From: Phaeosaccion multiseriatum
Taxonomy: Eukaryota > Protista > Ochrophyta, other classes
Assembly (NCBI GenBank): GCA_965112735.1
Contig: OZ218957.1
Coordinates: forward strand, 434,001 to 498,000
Length of the DNA: 64,000 nucleotides
Direction: 5' to 3'
Under the pieces are notes generated by a model, which made no database searches, was not told the DNA's origin, and was given only the letters and a program-made list of their open reading frames with translations. Below are positions 12,508-24,880 of the stretch, one piece after another. The stretch's first letter is position 1; every line of letters starts with the position of its first letter. The position numbers were made by a program, and so were the translations under genes.

Positions 12508-13768
12508 CTACTCGAGTGAGATTTCCGCGCCGAGTCCCTTGAGCAGCTCGGCAATCTTCTCGGCTTCCTCCCTCTTAACCGCCTTCTTGATGATCTTGGG
12601 CGCACCCTCGACAAGGTCCTTGGCCTCCTTTAGGCCCAGCCCAGTGATTGTGCGCACCTCCTTGATCACCTGTGGGTAGGAACGTGAAAGAAGCGTGTGT
12701 GTGTAAGAGAGACAGAGAGGAGAGAGGAGAGGAGAATGCGAGAGAGAGAGAGGCGGGACGAGAGCGGGGAGTGCTTAGACGCCAAACAAGGATGGGATGG
12801 TGGTAGTACTGGAGGTAAAAACATGCATGGGGCTCTATTTGAGTAAAGACAACGAGACATGAAGGGAAAGATGGTTGGAGAACGATCCCTTTGTGTCCCC
12901 GTTGTGCTGCGGTCTGACATCGGCTGGTGATGGGCGGTCTGAGGAGGGAGATTGGAGAGAACCTCGCACAATGCCTCTACAGATACCAAAACACGCAAAA
13001 AAAGAAAAAAGCCTTGCCTGAATGTGCATGTGCGTGAGCTTCTGTGACAGAGCTTCCCGAGTATACAAGTTTCTACCCTGCCCTACCCTCCGCTATACAC
13101 CCGCCCCCCACAACCCCCCAAGCCCATCGGAGCGAGCCTCCTTGAACGAGCCCCTCTCCTTCACTACCCCCACTTCATATATCAATATCACTTGCACTCG
13201 AAAGCAGCCGGAGCAAGGCGCTGAACAATATCTGTGTGCATGGGGGAAAATGTCGCAGTTTTCCTCTTCTTACCTTAATCTTTGACTTGTCATCAAAGCC
13301 GGTGAGCTTGACGTCGAGTTCCTTCTTCTCTTCCTTGGGAGCCTCCGGCTCCGCCTCTACCGGTGCTGGTGCAGCTGCGGCAGCCCCCCCTCCACCCCCT
13401 CCCCCGCCCCCCATACCCATGATCATATCGTCCGTGATGCCCAATCGCCTCTGGTACTCCTTGGAGAAGAGATGGTGCTCCAACACACTCAGGTTCAGTA
13501 AATCGTCCACCATCTTTACAATCTTCTCGGTCGGTTGGTCGTTGTAGCCGGGCGGGCAAGGAGGAGGAGGCTCATCGTCGCCGCCTGATGACATGCATCT
13601 CCTCGACGCTGCTCCCCTGCTTACTGCTATTCCTGGTGCTGCCTGCTGCCACTGCTGCTGCTGCTGTTGGTGCTGCGGGTGCCGGACGGAAGATTCCCCG
13701 CACGTGGCAAGAGAGGACAGTGCACAGCGCCCTCTGCGCCCCACCGTCGATCGCACCAGGCTAAGCAT
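12508..13768 (-). CDS. MRPL12: Mitochondrial ribosomal protein L7/L12 (bL12m); 2 exons
   Basis: Arg/Ser-rich transit peptide, '[15 protein letters not shown]', Ala-rich hinge, then [14 protein letters not shown]|[53 protein letters not shown]. Intron 12670-13273 is GT-AG. Confidence 0.95.
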
Positions 13769-14177
13769 TGCTCAGCTGCTGATGAAGATTGCCAACTATT
13801 CCTGCGCCACTCTCTCTCTCCTTGAGAAAGGGGTGCTGCGCGAAGCGAGCGGCACAGGGGGGAAGCAAAGGCGCGCTCCTCAGCCTTCTTTATCACAGTC
13901 CGGTAACAGAAGGTGGAGCAAAGAGAGAGGGAGAAGGGGGAGAGAGAGTCGATTGGTGGAGGAAGATTTTCGCCCCCCTGGGAGAGTGGCCCAAGACACT
14001 GCAATTTTTGCTGGCAGTTGAGAATCCTTATTCCTCTCCCTTCCCTTGCAGGCCAACAAACTGCACCTGCTCAGAGCAGGTGATCTTATAAAGGAATACT
14101 CGGGGTGGTGAAGTGCGGGCAGTGAGGAGGGGCGCGTGGAATCAGCAAATCAGTGCAGCAAACCGGGTTGCAATACG

Positions 14178-15250
14178 ATGGGAGCGGGGTGGGCGACGCC
14201 GTCCGTGCAGGGCGAGGTACCGCCTGTGCTCCAGCCGTACACCTCATGGAGCGCCGAGGACCTCGCCAGTATGAGGCGGCGGCACAAGACCATGGCTGGG
14301 GGAGCCTTCGCCCTCAAGTCGGGCGCCTTCGCGGGCATGCTCGGAGTGGAGAGGGCAGAGGACGTGTTTCGAGACTACTTTGACACTGACAAGAACGGCC
14401 TCGTCGACTCCTTCGAGGCCATGTGTGCCTTCGCGCTGCTCTCCTCCGCACGCATCGAGGTGTGTGGTCCTGCGTCCCCGGGGATGAAGAAGGGATGGCA
14501 GACAGGGGAAGGGGGGTGGGTCTGTCTGTCCACAGGAGCAGCTCCGAGACGTGAGGGAGGATGCGGTCGTTGCCAGGGACCCATGCTCGCCTTATTGACT
14601 GAGCTCGTTGACAAGCTCTTCTGTAATGAGCATCTCCTTGGAAAGAAGACAGAAAAGGTCTGCCTCTCTCCTGTTTCCTCCCCTCATGCACACCCCACAA
14701 ACACCCAACCTACCCCCTTCCACAACCAACAGGAAAAGGTCACCTTCTGCCACTCGCTCTTTGACTTCTCCACCAATGGCTGTATCAGTCTCGACGAGCT
14801 GGTCCTGACACTCCGCACTGCGGCCACTGCGGCCTCCCGCCTCGACGTCCGCTTCATCCCCCCGGACACTGAAGTGTTGGAGACACAGTGTGCCAAGGCC
14901 TTCGACAACTTAGAGCTGCCCGCAGACGGAGTCATGAACAAGAAGGTGAGTAACTGAGTGAGTGAGTCAGTCAGTCAGTGAGTGAATGAGTAACTGAGTG
15001 AGTGAGTGAGTCAGTCAGTCAGTGAGTGAGTGAGTGAGTGAGTGAGTGAGTGAGTGAGTGAGTGTGTGTGCGTGTGTGTGGGTGTGTGCTTCAAATGTGC
15101 AACCGAAACATCGACTCCAAAGCCTTTCTTAGTGGCAGGGGATGAGCTGAATGATGGACGCTCCTTTCCCTCCTCCTCCTCCTGCTGCTGCTGCTGCTAC
15201 TGCTCCTCCTGCTCCTCCTGCTCCTCCTGCTCCCCCTGCTCCTCCTCCTC

Positions 15251-15349
<99 letters not shown>

Positions 15350-16280
15350 CTCCTCCTCCTCCTCCTCCTCCTCCTCCTCCTTCTCCTTCTCCTTCTCCTC
15401 CTCCTCCTCCTCCTCCTCCTCCTCCTCCTCCTCCTCCCTCCCCCCTCCTCCTCCTCGCTCCTTCCTCCTCCTCCACTACCCAAACATGAAAACATGATAA
15501 TCTTCCGCCCCTCGAAAGCTGTTCGAGGAGTTTGTATTCAGCTACCCGCCCGTGAAGCAGTTTCTACAGTACTGGACTGGGTCGGTGTCGCAGATACCGC
15601 TGCATGAGGGCCAGCTGTGGGAGGACAGCGAATTCCCCGCCACGGAGGCCTCCATCTACCTACAGAGTGGAGTGGTGCCGCCGGGGCTTCCCCTCCCGGA
15701 GTCCATCTCCTGGCTGAGGCCCGACGAGGTGTGTGTGTGTGTGTGTGTGTGCATTTGCGTGTATGTGCGTTTGTGTGAATGTGTGTGTGTGCATGTGTGT
15801 TTGCGTTTGTTTTTGTGTGCGTGTGCGTGTGTGTATGTGTGTATGTGTGTGTATGTATGTATGTGTGTGGGAGTGTGTGTATGTGGGAGTGTGTCTCTGG
15901 GTGTGTGGTTCTCTCTCTCTCTCTCTTGCTCTCCCGGCCTCTCTCTCTGTGGGTGTGTGAGAGACTCGAAGCATCAGAGATCTCCATCTCCGTCACACAC
16001 ACGCACCTATCGGCACCCCCAACACCATCCTCACCCCCTTCCCAATTGAAGATGACCAAGGGGCAGAAGACGGTTCTCTTCGTCGGCAACACTCCGGGAG
16101 ATGGGGGTATCGCACAGGGTCAACTCGGAAACCGCTGGCTGCTGGCGGCCATGGCTGTCGTTACGGCCCGACCTGCCGCCCTGAGGGAGTTGTTTGTACC
16201 CACGGGGCAGGAGTCGCGCGGGAGGTACGCGGTGCGGCTCTTCAAGGAGGGGCGCTGGATGACCGTCTTTGTAGACAATC

Positions 16281-16371
<91 letters not shown>

Positions 16372-18941
16372 GAGAGGAGAGCGAACGAGCAATGGGTGTG
16401 GAGTGCGGCTGCCTGCCCGTGCGCCTAACTGTCTTTTTCGGGTGAAGAGGAGGAAACAAGGAGGTCCATTATGGCGTGTGTACGTCGGCGTGATGATGGC
16501 GCACGCTTTCATCGATGCGATCTTTATCTCTCTCTCGCTCTCTCTCTCCGTGTGTGTGTGTGTGTATCTGTCTGTCTGTCTCTCTCCCTGCCTTTCCCTC
16601 TGTGTGTGTGTGCGTCTGCCGGACTGTCCCTCCTTCTCCTCCCTCCTCCCCTCCCTCTCCCTCCCCCCGTGCTCCACAAACCAGCATCCCATGCCATCGC
16701 ATCACTGGCAGAACCCTTTTCGGTCACGGAGCGGACCCAACAGAACTATGGGTCATCCTTCTCGAGAAGGCACTTGCCAAGCTATACGGCTGCTACGAGA
16801 ACCTGCAAGAAGGGGATGTCATCGACGGACTCGGGGACCTCACCGGAGGGGCAGTCAGGAAGGCGCAGTGGGCTGTGGGAATCGAAGTGCATGCGAGTGG
16901 GCTGCTCGGAGGGGACCCAACTAGCGGTAGCAGTAGCGGCAGCGGCGGGAGTGGCGGTGGTGGTAGTGGTGGTGGTGGAGGGGGGGTAGCTTCGACTGCT
17001 CCGCGGCTGCGTGTGGGGGGGGCGGATGGGAATACTCTATCCCACGTGGTGTCCCGACCTTTGGAGTGGCTCTTTGAGCAAGTGCGCACTCGCCTGTCAG
17101 CAGGGGATGTGGTGTCTGCTTGCTTCCACTACTGGCTGCGCTCCCCCTGGGAACCACCGCAAGGCCAGGGAGCAGGCGGCGGGCCGCAGCAGTTGATGGT
17201 ACACCAGGCGGGCTCCAACGGGGGTGCGGCTGCTGCATCACCAACTTTCGCAGATGACAATGGAGAGGACTACACTCGCCTCTTCCGAAGGGACGATGGG
17301 GACATGCTGGGCCTTGTTCCCGGCTACACGTACCCCGTGCTCGAGGTGTTATCCAAGGGTCCTCACAGATGGCTTTTGCTCAAGGATCCGTGGCAGGAGG
17401 GGGGCTTCAATGGGCGGTGGGGACCCAAGTCCGAGCTGTGGGGGCAGCAGCCGGAGCGGGCACGGGACATGCTGCCCAAGAACATTCCGGGAACGTTCTG
17501 GATGTGTGAAGAGGATTTCGTGCACGTGTTTAACACGCTCTACTACGTCATGTTTGAAGAGAGTGACGCAGTGTCAAAGACCTCTACCGCTCTCACTGTT
17601 GGCAGTGGCAGGGGTAGTGGTACGAGTGGTGCGAGAGGTGGAAGTACGACAGCCGGAGTAGTCGTCGACAGTAGCAGCGGAGGCAGTAACAGGGCGATGA
17701 GCGAGGGAGAGTGGCGAGGGGAAGGGTGCGCCGGTCGCTGGGGGGGAGGGTTGGGGGGGGATGGCAGCAAAGGGTGGACGCAAGCGCCACAGTTCTTTCT
17801 CCAGGTGAAGCACAAAAGCCCGGCAGGGACTTCCGGGTCGGCGTCTTCGCTGGGGGGGGGGGGGTTCGGAGCAGGAGCTGGAGCAATAGGAGCAGTTGGT
17901 GGTATGGGTACATCCGCAGTTGGTGCTACAGCAGCTTCTGATGTGGATCTTTTTGTGACGCTGACTGTGCCCGATGCGAGGTACCACGCTCGAAACGCCA
18001 AGATGGCAGCCGAGGCGGGGTTCGAGCGCTCCCGAGGCATTGGGCTGCTCATCCACACACACTCGTGGCCCTCCCGAGCCAAAAAGAGTGATCTACCCAA
18101 GATACTGAAACTCACAGACCAGGGCACGGTATTCCAAAGCCCCCGCTTCCTGCCCGCTCGGCAGGTGGTGGTGCATATCAAGGTTACCCCGGGGGCCAAG
18201 TACGTCATTCTTCCGGCGACGTTTGATCCCCACCAGGCCGGGAGGTTTTGGCTGAATGTATCGGCCCGAGGGTCCAAGATGACGGGTCCAGTAACGGTGG
18301 AGCTCACGCCTTCCAGCGACGCTATGGGAGGACCCAAGGCGCCCTTGAGAAAACCCAAGGGGGTGGGGGGGGGGGAGGAGGGGGGGAACGAAGCGCCGCT
18401 ACAGGAGGAAGGGGCGGAAGGGTCAGGAGCTGGGGCAGGGACGCTGGGGCAGGGGGGGCAGCAGCAGCAGCAGCAGGAGCAGCAGGAGAGGACGAAATCG
18501 ACAAAGGAGATTGAGAAGGAGCGAGCGGAGCAGGAGCGGAAAGAGCAAGAGCGAAAGTTGGTGCTACAGCGGCAGGCCGAGGCTGAGGCAGCGATGCGAT
18601 GCTCACAGCTGGCGAGTCCTCTTCGCATGTACTGCGAAGAGCAAGACGACTCGGAGGCCCTCGGACTTGTCGCTCCGATGGCGGGCCTGGAGGACATGTG
18701 GGCAGAGGCACACATGCTGCAGGCGGACGTAGAGCGGCAGAGGGAGATGGTGGAGCAACTACGACGGGACATTGCCACTCACACGCACACTCCTACTGAC
18801 AGTTACACCCGCACTCCCACCACCACTCGCCCCTCCGTCTCTAAAGACAAGCCCGTCCCCCCCGGGGGAGGAGCGGGAGGAGCGGAGGACGGGCCGGAAC
18901 AAGAGGAGTTGGAATACGTGCAGCAGCCTCCGTCTTCATAG
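14178..18941 (+). CDS. N-myristoylated EF-hand (recoverin/calaxin-like) + catalytically inactive calpain (CysPc + domain III-like) protein; 5 exons
   Basis: MGAG start. EF-hands '[13 protein letters not shown]' and '[14 protein letters not shown]'. Calpain motifs [85 protein letters not shown]. Exons 14178-14459, 14733-14945, ~15519-15728, 16052-16281, 16685-18941. Confidence 0.88.
15168..15445. repeat. Compound trinucleotide microsatellite (TCC/TGC/TAC/TCC)n in calpain intron 2
   Basis: Seen directly; includes ~31 perfect TAC units. It generates spurious poly-Y/T/P ORFs. Confidence 0.95.
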
Positions 18942-19689
18942 GTCGGTTTCACGCATGGCGAGGGGAGGGGAGGGGGGGGCTTGGAAGGCCCTCTCTCTCT
19001 GTCTTTCAAAGCCCTCAAGGAAGATGGGAGAGATTGGGGAGTGGCCGTTAGTCTCGTTCTGGAAAGGCAGGGACCAAACCGACCGAGCTTGGCTCTTCGC
19101 AGCGTCCTCTTGGTTCAGCGCAAGAGGGAAAAGGAAATGTCGGGGGGTGTATGTATGCCCCCAAGGCAAAACAAAACAAACAAACAGCCTCTGCCTTTGG
19201 GGGGAGTCACAACTGCCACAGCCCTTGGAACAGGGGCAACAAGGCTTCAAGTGTACTGGCGTTTCATCTCCCCCGTCAGACTGACAGGAAGGATATCCCG
19301 TACCCCATGAGGTGAGTGAGTGTGTGCACACTCCCCTCAAAGAGAGCGAAGAGGGGTAGTAAGTGAGTGTATCGTTGTGCGGTAGGTGCAAGTAAGGCAC
19401 TTACACTTACTTTCGCCACTCTGCGGCTCACGCTTTGTGGTGGGATCACACCTGGGTTGTTGGCGGACGGCTGTGCTTGCATACGAGCGTGCGTGACCGT
19501 GCGCTTACAATTTTGAGTGGCTGACAGACTCCGAACATCTCTCTCTCTCCCTCCTCTCTGTCTTTTGGTCTCTCTCATCTCCCGGTGTGCATGTGTGTGT
19601 GCGCGCGCGCGTTTGTGGATGTGGGTGTGGGTGTGGGTGTGTGGGTGGATGTGTGCATGTGTGCATGTGTGCACTCGCGACCACCACAG

Positions 19690-20576
19690 GACGCTGTGGA
19701 TCTCCGGCCCGCCTGCGGCTGTCAGCAAGACGTCTGAGGTCATGGCGGGACACGTCCTCAAGCGGCGCTTCTCAGCCACCAGGGGGGTGCAGCAGCAGGG
19801 GCAGCAGCAACAGCAGCAGCAACAGCAGCAGCAACACCAGGAGGAGGAGGAGCAGATGAGGAGGGGGATGATGATGCAAAGGCAGAGCGCTGCGGAGTAG
19901 GGGATGGGGGCCAGAGCTCGTACACCGCACGAATCGCCTACACCGTCCCTCCAGCAGGGCGCTTTGATGCCGCCCTACAACCACCAGCAGCACCAGCAGC
20001 AGCAGCAGGGCGGGGCGCAGATGCAGCAGCTCTCCACCCAGCAGATGCAGCAGGCGCACTACGAGCCGCAGATGATGATGGCCAGCAGGACCAGTACCCG
20101 GAGCAGCTGGCGATGCAGCAGCAGCAGCAGCGGCGGCAGCAGCAGCAAGGGTGGGTCCTTCGGGGAATAAGCGCAACCTACTCTTGGACTTGGTCAGACC
20201 CCTTGGACTCCTCCTTCAGGTCCCGCTCCTTCCAACCTTCCCCCTCGTGCCAGCGCCTCCTCCCCCCCCTCCGCCCTTCGTGCCAGTGCCTCCTCCTGCC
20301 ACCGGAGCGGCGGACATGTACGGCACCCCGGAGATGCACCACGTCCCCCCGGGGATTGACCACGGCGCTTCCATGATACCGCAGCACCACCATCACCACC
20401 ACGAGCAGCAGCATCAGGATGAGCAGCACCAGGATCAGCATCAGGATGAGCAGCACCAGGATCAGCAGCAGCAGCAACGTGAACCTCATCAGCAGCCTCA
20501 TCAGAAACAAAAAAATCGGCCCTTCCACACTGCACCGGAAGAGACGCAGAATGCCGCTGCTTCCCGTAAGAAATGA
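19690..20576 (+). pseudogene. 3' fragment of the KH-family gene (end of last KH domain + Gln/Pro/His-rich tail), disrupted
   Basis: cag|RTLWISGPPAAVSKTSEVMAGHVLKRRFSATRG resembles a KH C-terminal strand/helix. In-frame TAG at 19898-19900 and a frame change near 20080-20230. Direct repeat of 25845-26677 (shared QQLSTQQMQQAHYEPQMMM and GAADMYGTPEMHHVPPGIDHGAS). Confidence 0.75.
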
Positions 20577-21058
20577 TGGGCCTTAGTACGCTGCGGCTGG
20601 TGCTGCTGAGGTCTGTGTTGCGATCTTTCTCCCCGATTCCAACACTTTGGCGAAGAGTGTCAGTGTCAGAGAGCGAGGCATACGGGAAGAGAGCGGAGAC
20701 GGAAGAGAGAGAGAGAGAAGGGTGGGATGGTTGGGGCGTCAGAGAAGGGCCTTGCAGAGGATGTTCGCTGGCGGGTAGGCACCCTTTGTGGGTGGGCAGA
20801 GCCCAGAGCTGTGTTTGCGGGGCGGTGATGGATGACCAACACGTCCGCTGCACCAGCGTCATTCCTCGTTGCTGCGCTCCGGGCGCGCGTTCTCCTCGTC
20901 TTCGGGACCGAGTATAAGCCTTCGGGGACTGTTCCCCGACGGGTCTCCCCGATCGATTCATCGCAAGTAAGCGCAGCAGAGGGCCCACGCGGCACTGGCG
21001 CCCGGAAAGGAGACGCGTGGAGGGAGCCTGTCTGGGCCCCCTTGGAAGGAGGTGATAA

Positions 21059-22697
21059 GACGCCTTTGGCACCTTTGGTGTGGTCAGTGATGTTAAACGA
21101 GAGGCAACGGAGAGCCGCGTGGGTGTGATCCTGCCCTGAGAAGCGCCAAGAGGGCAGCCACAGAGTAGACAGTTAGGTAATGAATGGATTCGCACACCCG
21201 CTGTGCCCACTGCTGTTGCCGCCACTGCCATCGCAGCCCTAGTGGTCGGAGTGCTGTTGCGAAGCTGCTTGATGCCATCATAGCCTCTTTCTTGCCTCCT
21301 CGTCCTTCCTTTTCATACAGCCCTGACAAGAGGCCTTCAGAGGCCTCCGCTCTGAGAGAAGTCAGTTTGAGTTCACGCTTTGAGGACATGACCTCAATCA
21401 GTCAAAACCCAACCTAAATTAGCTGGACTTCCTTTGTTGGAGCAATAGAGAAAGGGGGAGACGGGAGGAGAGCTGACAAGACCCAAGGTGAGACGGAGGG
21501 GACGGGAGGAAAGGACAAAGGGCAGGTGGAGCGAGGGCGGAGGACGCGTTGAAGCCAAGAGAGAGGGAGAGAGGAGAGGTTGAAGAAGAGTTTTCGGAGG
21601 ACGAAGAGATGTCGCCAGAGCCTGACTGGGCACTGGGGGAGCGGAGGTGGGCAAGGCTCGTGAGTAGGGCCAAGCACAGCGCGTTCGTACGGGAAAGGTG
21701 GCGAGGAAAGCCCTTGCGCAGCTAGTTGATTCCTTCACAGCCGCCAAGAGGAAGGCTTGTGCCCCCATCAATAGCAGCAGCAGGCGAGCAGTACAGCAGC
21801 AGAATCACTAGTAGGCGCTCTAGCCTTCGCTTACTCGCTTCTATAGCCTCACGCCGTGGCGTTGGCCACGGCATCCCAGCCAGTGTCCTCCGATGCATCT
21901 CCATGTTGCATTCCCATTCCCGCTGGCTTTGCTCTTGAGGGCTCTAACGAGACTGCCCGCCTCTACTTTTACGCCTGCTCCGCTGCTCTTCCTGTGAGAG
22001 CGTCTCACTCCTCGTGCTTCGGCGGGACATTCTTGGAGCCCTTGTCTGCAATCTCATTCCCCCCCCCAATCCCCTTCCGCTGCTCGCTCCCTCAACCCCC
22101 CCCCCCCTTGCCTCTTCATTCTCTACAAATGAGTGCTTGGAGACTAGAAGACTCAGCAACCGCAGAGAAGCTGGCTGGACGTGTCGCGAGTTCAGACAGG
22201 AGGGACAAGAGCTTCTAAGACCATCGGAAGCGGGAGGGGCCAAAGGATAAGATAAACGAAGCCCCCCCACGACCCACAAGGGGCGGGGGCTAGGGACAAG
22301 CCCTGACGGTAGGAGCAGGTAAGTGAGGAAGGGGCGGTGGCTGGGGAGTGGATGGGCAGAGTAGCAGTGGGACACACTCCGTCGGAATGGGACGGCACAA
22401 GCGAGCGCAGAGGGCCGTGTTGAGGCAGGCGAGGGGGGATAGCGTATGGATGGGGCGTTCCAGGGTAGCCTTATCTGTCAATCAATGTATCGCTTCGTCC
22501 TTGTTGCCATCCTTTCCGTGCTCACAGTCTACCTCCGTTGTGGTTTGCTTTCGTCCTTTCTCCTCCCCCTGACCAGTCCCCCTCACCATCACCATCACCA
22601 TCACCCCGCAGAAGGAAGCCACCACAAAATAAACTGCAGACACGAAGGGCAGGTACACAAGCTCTACAGCTCCAAGTCCTACTCGCCTCATCATGAC
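21059..22697. repeat. Inverted segmental duplication, copy 2 (partner 2445-4048); includes dispersed element copy 2 (21059-21400)
   Basis: Reverse-complement match to 2445-4048, ending at the paralogous ATGACCACC start codon (22693). Confidence 0.9.
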
Positions 22698-22744
22698 CAC
22701 CCCCCACACCCCCCCGAGCCACAGCCCCCCCCCGAACGTATGGC

Positions 22745-23618
22745 CGCACCTGCTGCGACATCTTGATCCTCACGGAGAAGCGCTGTTGCATGTTCTTCCG
22801 GATGGAGCCCCTTCTGCCCATGAGGCAGCCGATGAGCGATTCCGGGCACAGAAGCTTGAACACGGTCTCCTCCGCGGCCGACTGTTGCGGGGTGTCGCTG
22901 CTGGGGTGGGTGGGGGTGGAGGAAGGAGGAGCTTCCTCTGCTCTCCGGTCCACAGGAGAAGCTGTGGCGCCGGGGCCTGAGGAGGAAGCCCCCTCCCTCC
23001 CATGCCTCGGGGAGAAGCCCTCTGCCGCACGTCCTTCACTCAATGCCCCTTCTCTATTCGGGGTTGGAGAGCCCTCCACGCCTCCCTCAGGAGTCCCCGG
23101 GGGGCTGCCTTGCGAGGCGGCCGGCGGTTGGTTTGATAATGTCGAAGTGCTCGACAAGTGGCCCAAGGGCTCCTCACCAAGTAAGTGAGAAGCCCTTGGG
23201 CCACTTGTTGAGCACTCCAACAACATCAAACCAGCCGCCGGCCGCCTCGGAAGGCAGCCCCCCGGGGACTCCTGAGGGAGGTGTGGAGGGCTCTCCAACC
23301 CCAAGTCGAGAAGGAGTTTTGAATGAAGGACGTGCGGCAGAGGGTTTCTCCCCGAGGCATGGGAGGGAGGGGGCTTCCTCCTCAGGCCCCGGCGCCACAG
23401 CTTCTCCTGTGGACCGGAGAGCAGAGGAAGCTCCTCCTTCCTCCACCCCCACCCACCCCAGCAGCGACACCCCGCAACAGTCGGCCGCGAACGAGACCGT
23501 GTTCAAGCTTCTGTGCCCGGAATCCCTCATCGGCTGCCTCATGGGCAGAAGGGGGCGCCACCGTGGGGGCAATAGGACGGCGCTTCTCCGTGAGGATCAG
23601 CGTGTCGGAGAAGGTGCG
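22745..23618. repeat. Long inverted repeat / hairpin 1: arms 22745-23177 and 23185-23618, 7-nt loop
   Basis: ...GCCCAAGGGCTCCTCAC-caagtaa-GTGAGAAGCCCTTGGGC... The arms are reverse complements over ~430 bp and identical over ~140 bp (23347-23489). Confidence 0.95.
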
Positions 23619-24880
23619 TGGGGGCGTGCATTGGGGTGTGTGCGTGCGTGTGCGGGTGTCTTACAACCCTTTCTTGGGGAGCCTTTTTCTTTTCCATGAA
23701 ATTGAAATTTCTTGGTTTGGATTTGGCCTTTGTCCCTTGACCATAGGGTAGCGCATGAGCGGGTAGGGAGAGAGCATGGCTGCGGAAGAAGGGTCCAAGT
23801 AGAAGGAGAGGGGAGATGGCAGTGGAAGGGCGGGGAGGGAGGAGGCGGTGCTATTCATTTCAAGGACCTGCTGCAGCGTCATCGAAGAGAGGGGCCATTT
23901 GTGTGCTCGCCCCGCCTCGCGGCTGACTCCACGGCACTGGCACTCCTTCTCATTCCCTCATCACCATCATCACACTCCACTCCACGCCACTTTCCTGCGC
24001 ACTTCCGCAAGCAGGACGAACACCTCTTCCACGACGGGGAGCTCCATCGCGTGGGCACGGTCTGGGGGAGGCAGCACAGGGTTGCCGAAGCCGTGACTGA
24101 AATTGTGAGACGAATGCAGGCAAGTGTGGATCCAAACCCGGCTGTGCTGTGCTGTGCTGTGCTGTGCTGTACATGCTGCGGCTCCGTACATCTCCCTTGT
24201 TGTATCTGTCCTGCCCTACCCGTCTGCACCCATGTGTGCCTGTTGAGAAGTCATGTAGAGGCGACTGTGGCACCCCCAGCGCAAAGACAAGACGCTCGCT
24301 GGCAGTGCTCAAGGAGAGGGCTCGAGCGTCGTCGGCTTCGTTGGATACCCTTGCCACTGCTCCTGCTCAGCGGCAAGAGCAGCAGCAGTGTCATCCCCGC
24401 ACTCAAGCAATGCGCCAGCAAGAACCCCCGCCACACTCATCACAACTCAACACACCTCATCGCCTTTTGCCTCGATACAATACCGACAGGAGAGAGTGAG
24501 GGAGAAGAACACGTTGGAGGGCGACAAGAACCGAGGATTGCCCCTGCCCGACGCGGCCGCCTCATCCACCAACAACAACACCGCGACTGCCACCGCCAGT
24601 AGCACCATTGCACCTGCCCTTGAGCAAGAGGCAGCACCAGCCTCGTCCGTCTTGGAGGCCGCTCGAGGGGGTGAGGGGGGCGCCACTGGAGAGGATCCAG
24701 GGCCGGACTCGCCTAACTTGGTCAACGGGGAGGGCATTCAGGAGCGTGTGCCTATCGCTCCTCGGCAAGGCGACGAATATACATCCTCTGAGATCACAGT
24801 GATGATGCCCGACGAAGCATGGGAGTCCCTTTCAGGGAGGCGAGGAGCAGGAGGGGAACACGGAGGAAAGGGAGGGGGAA

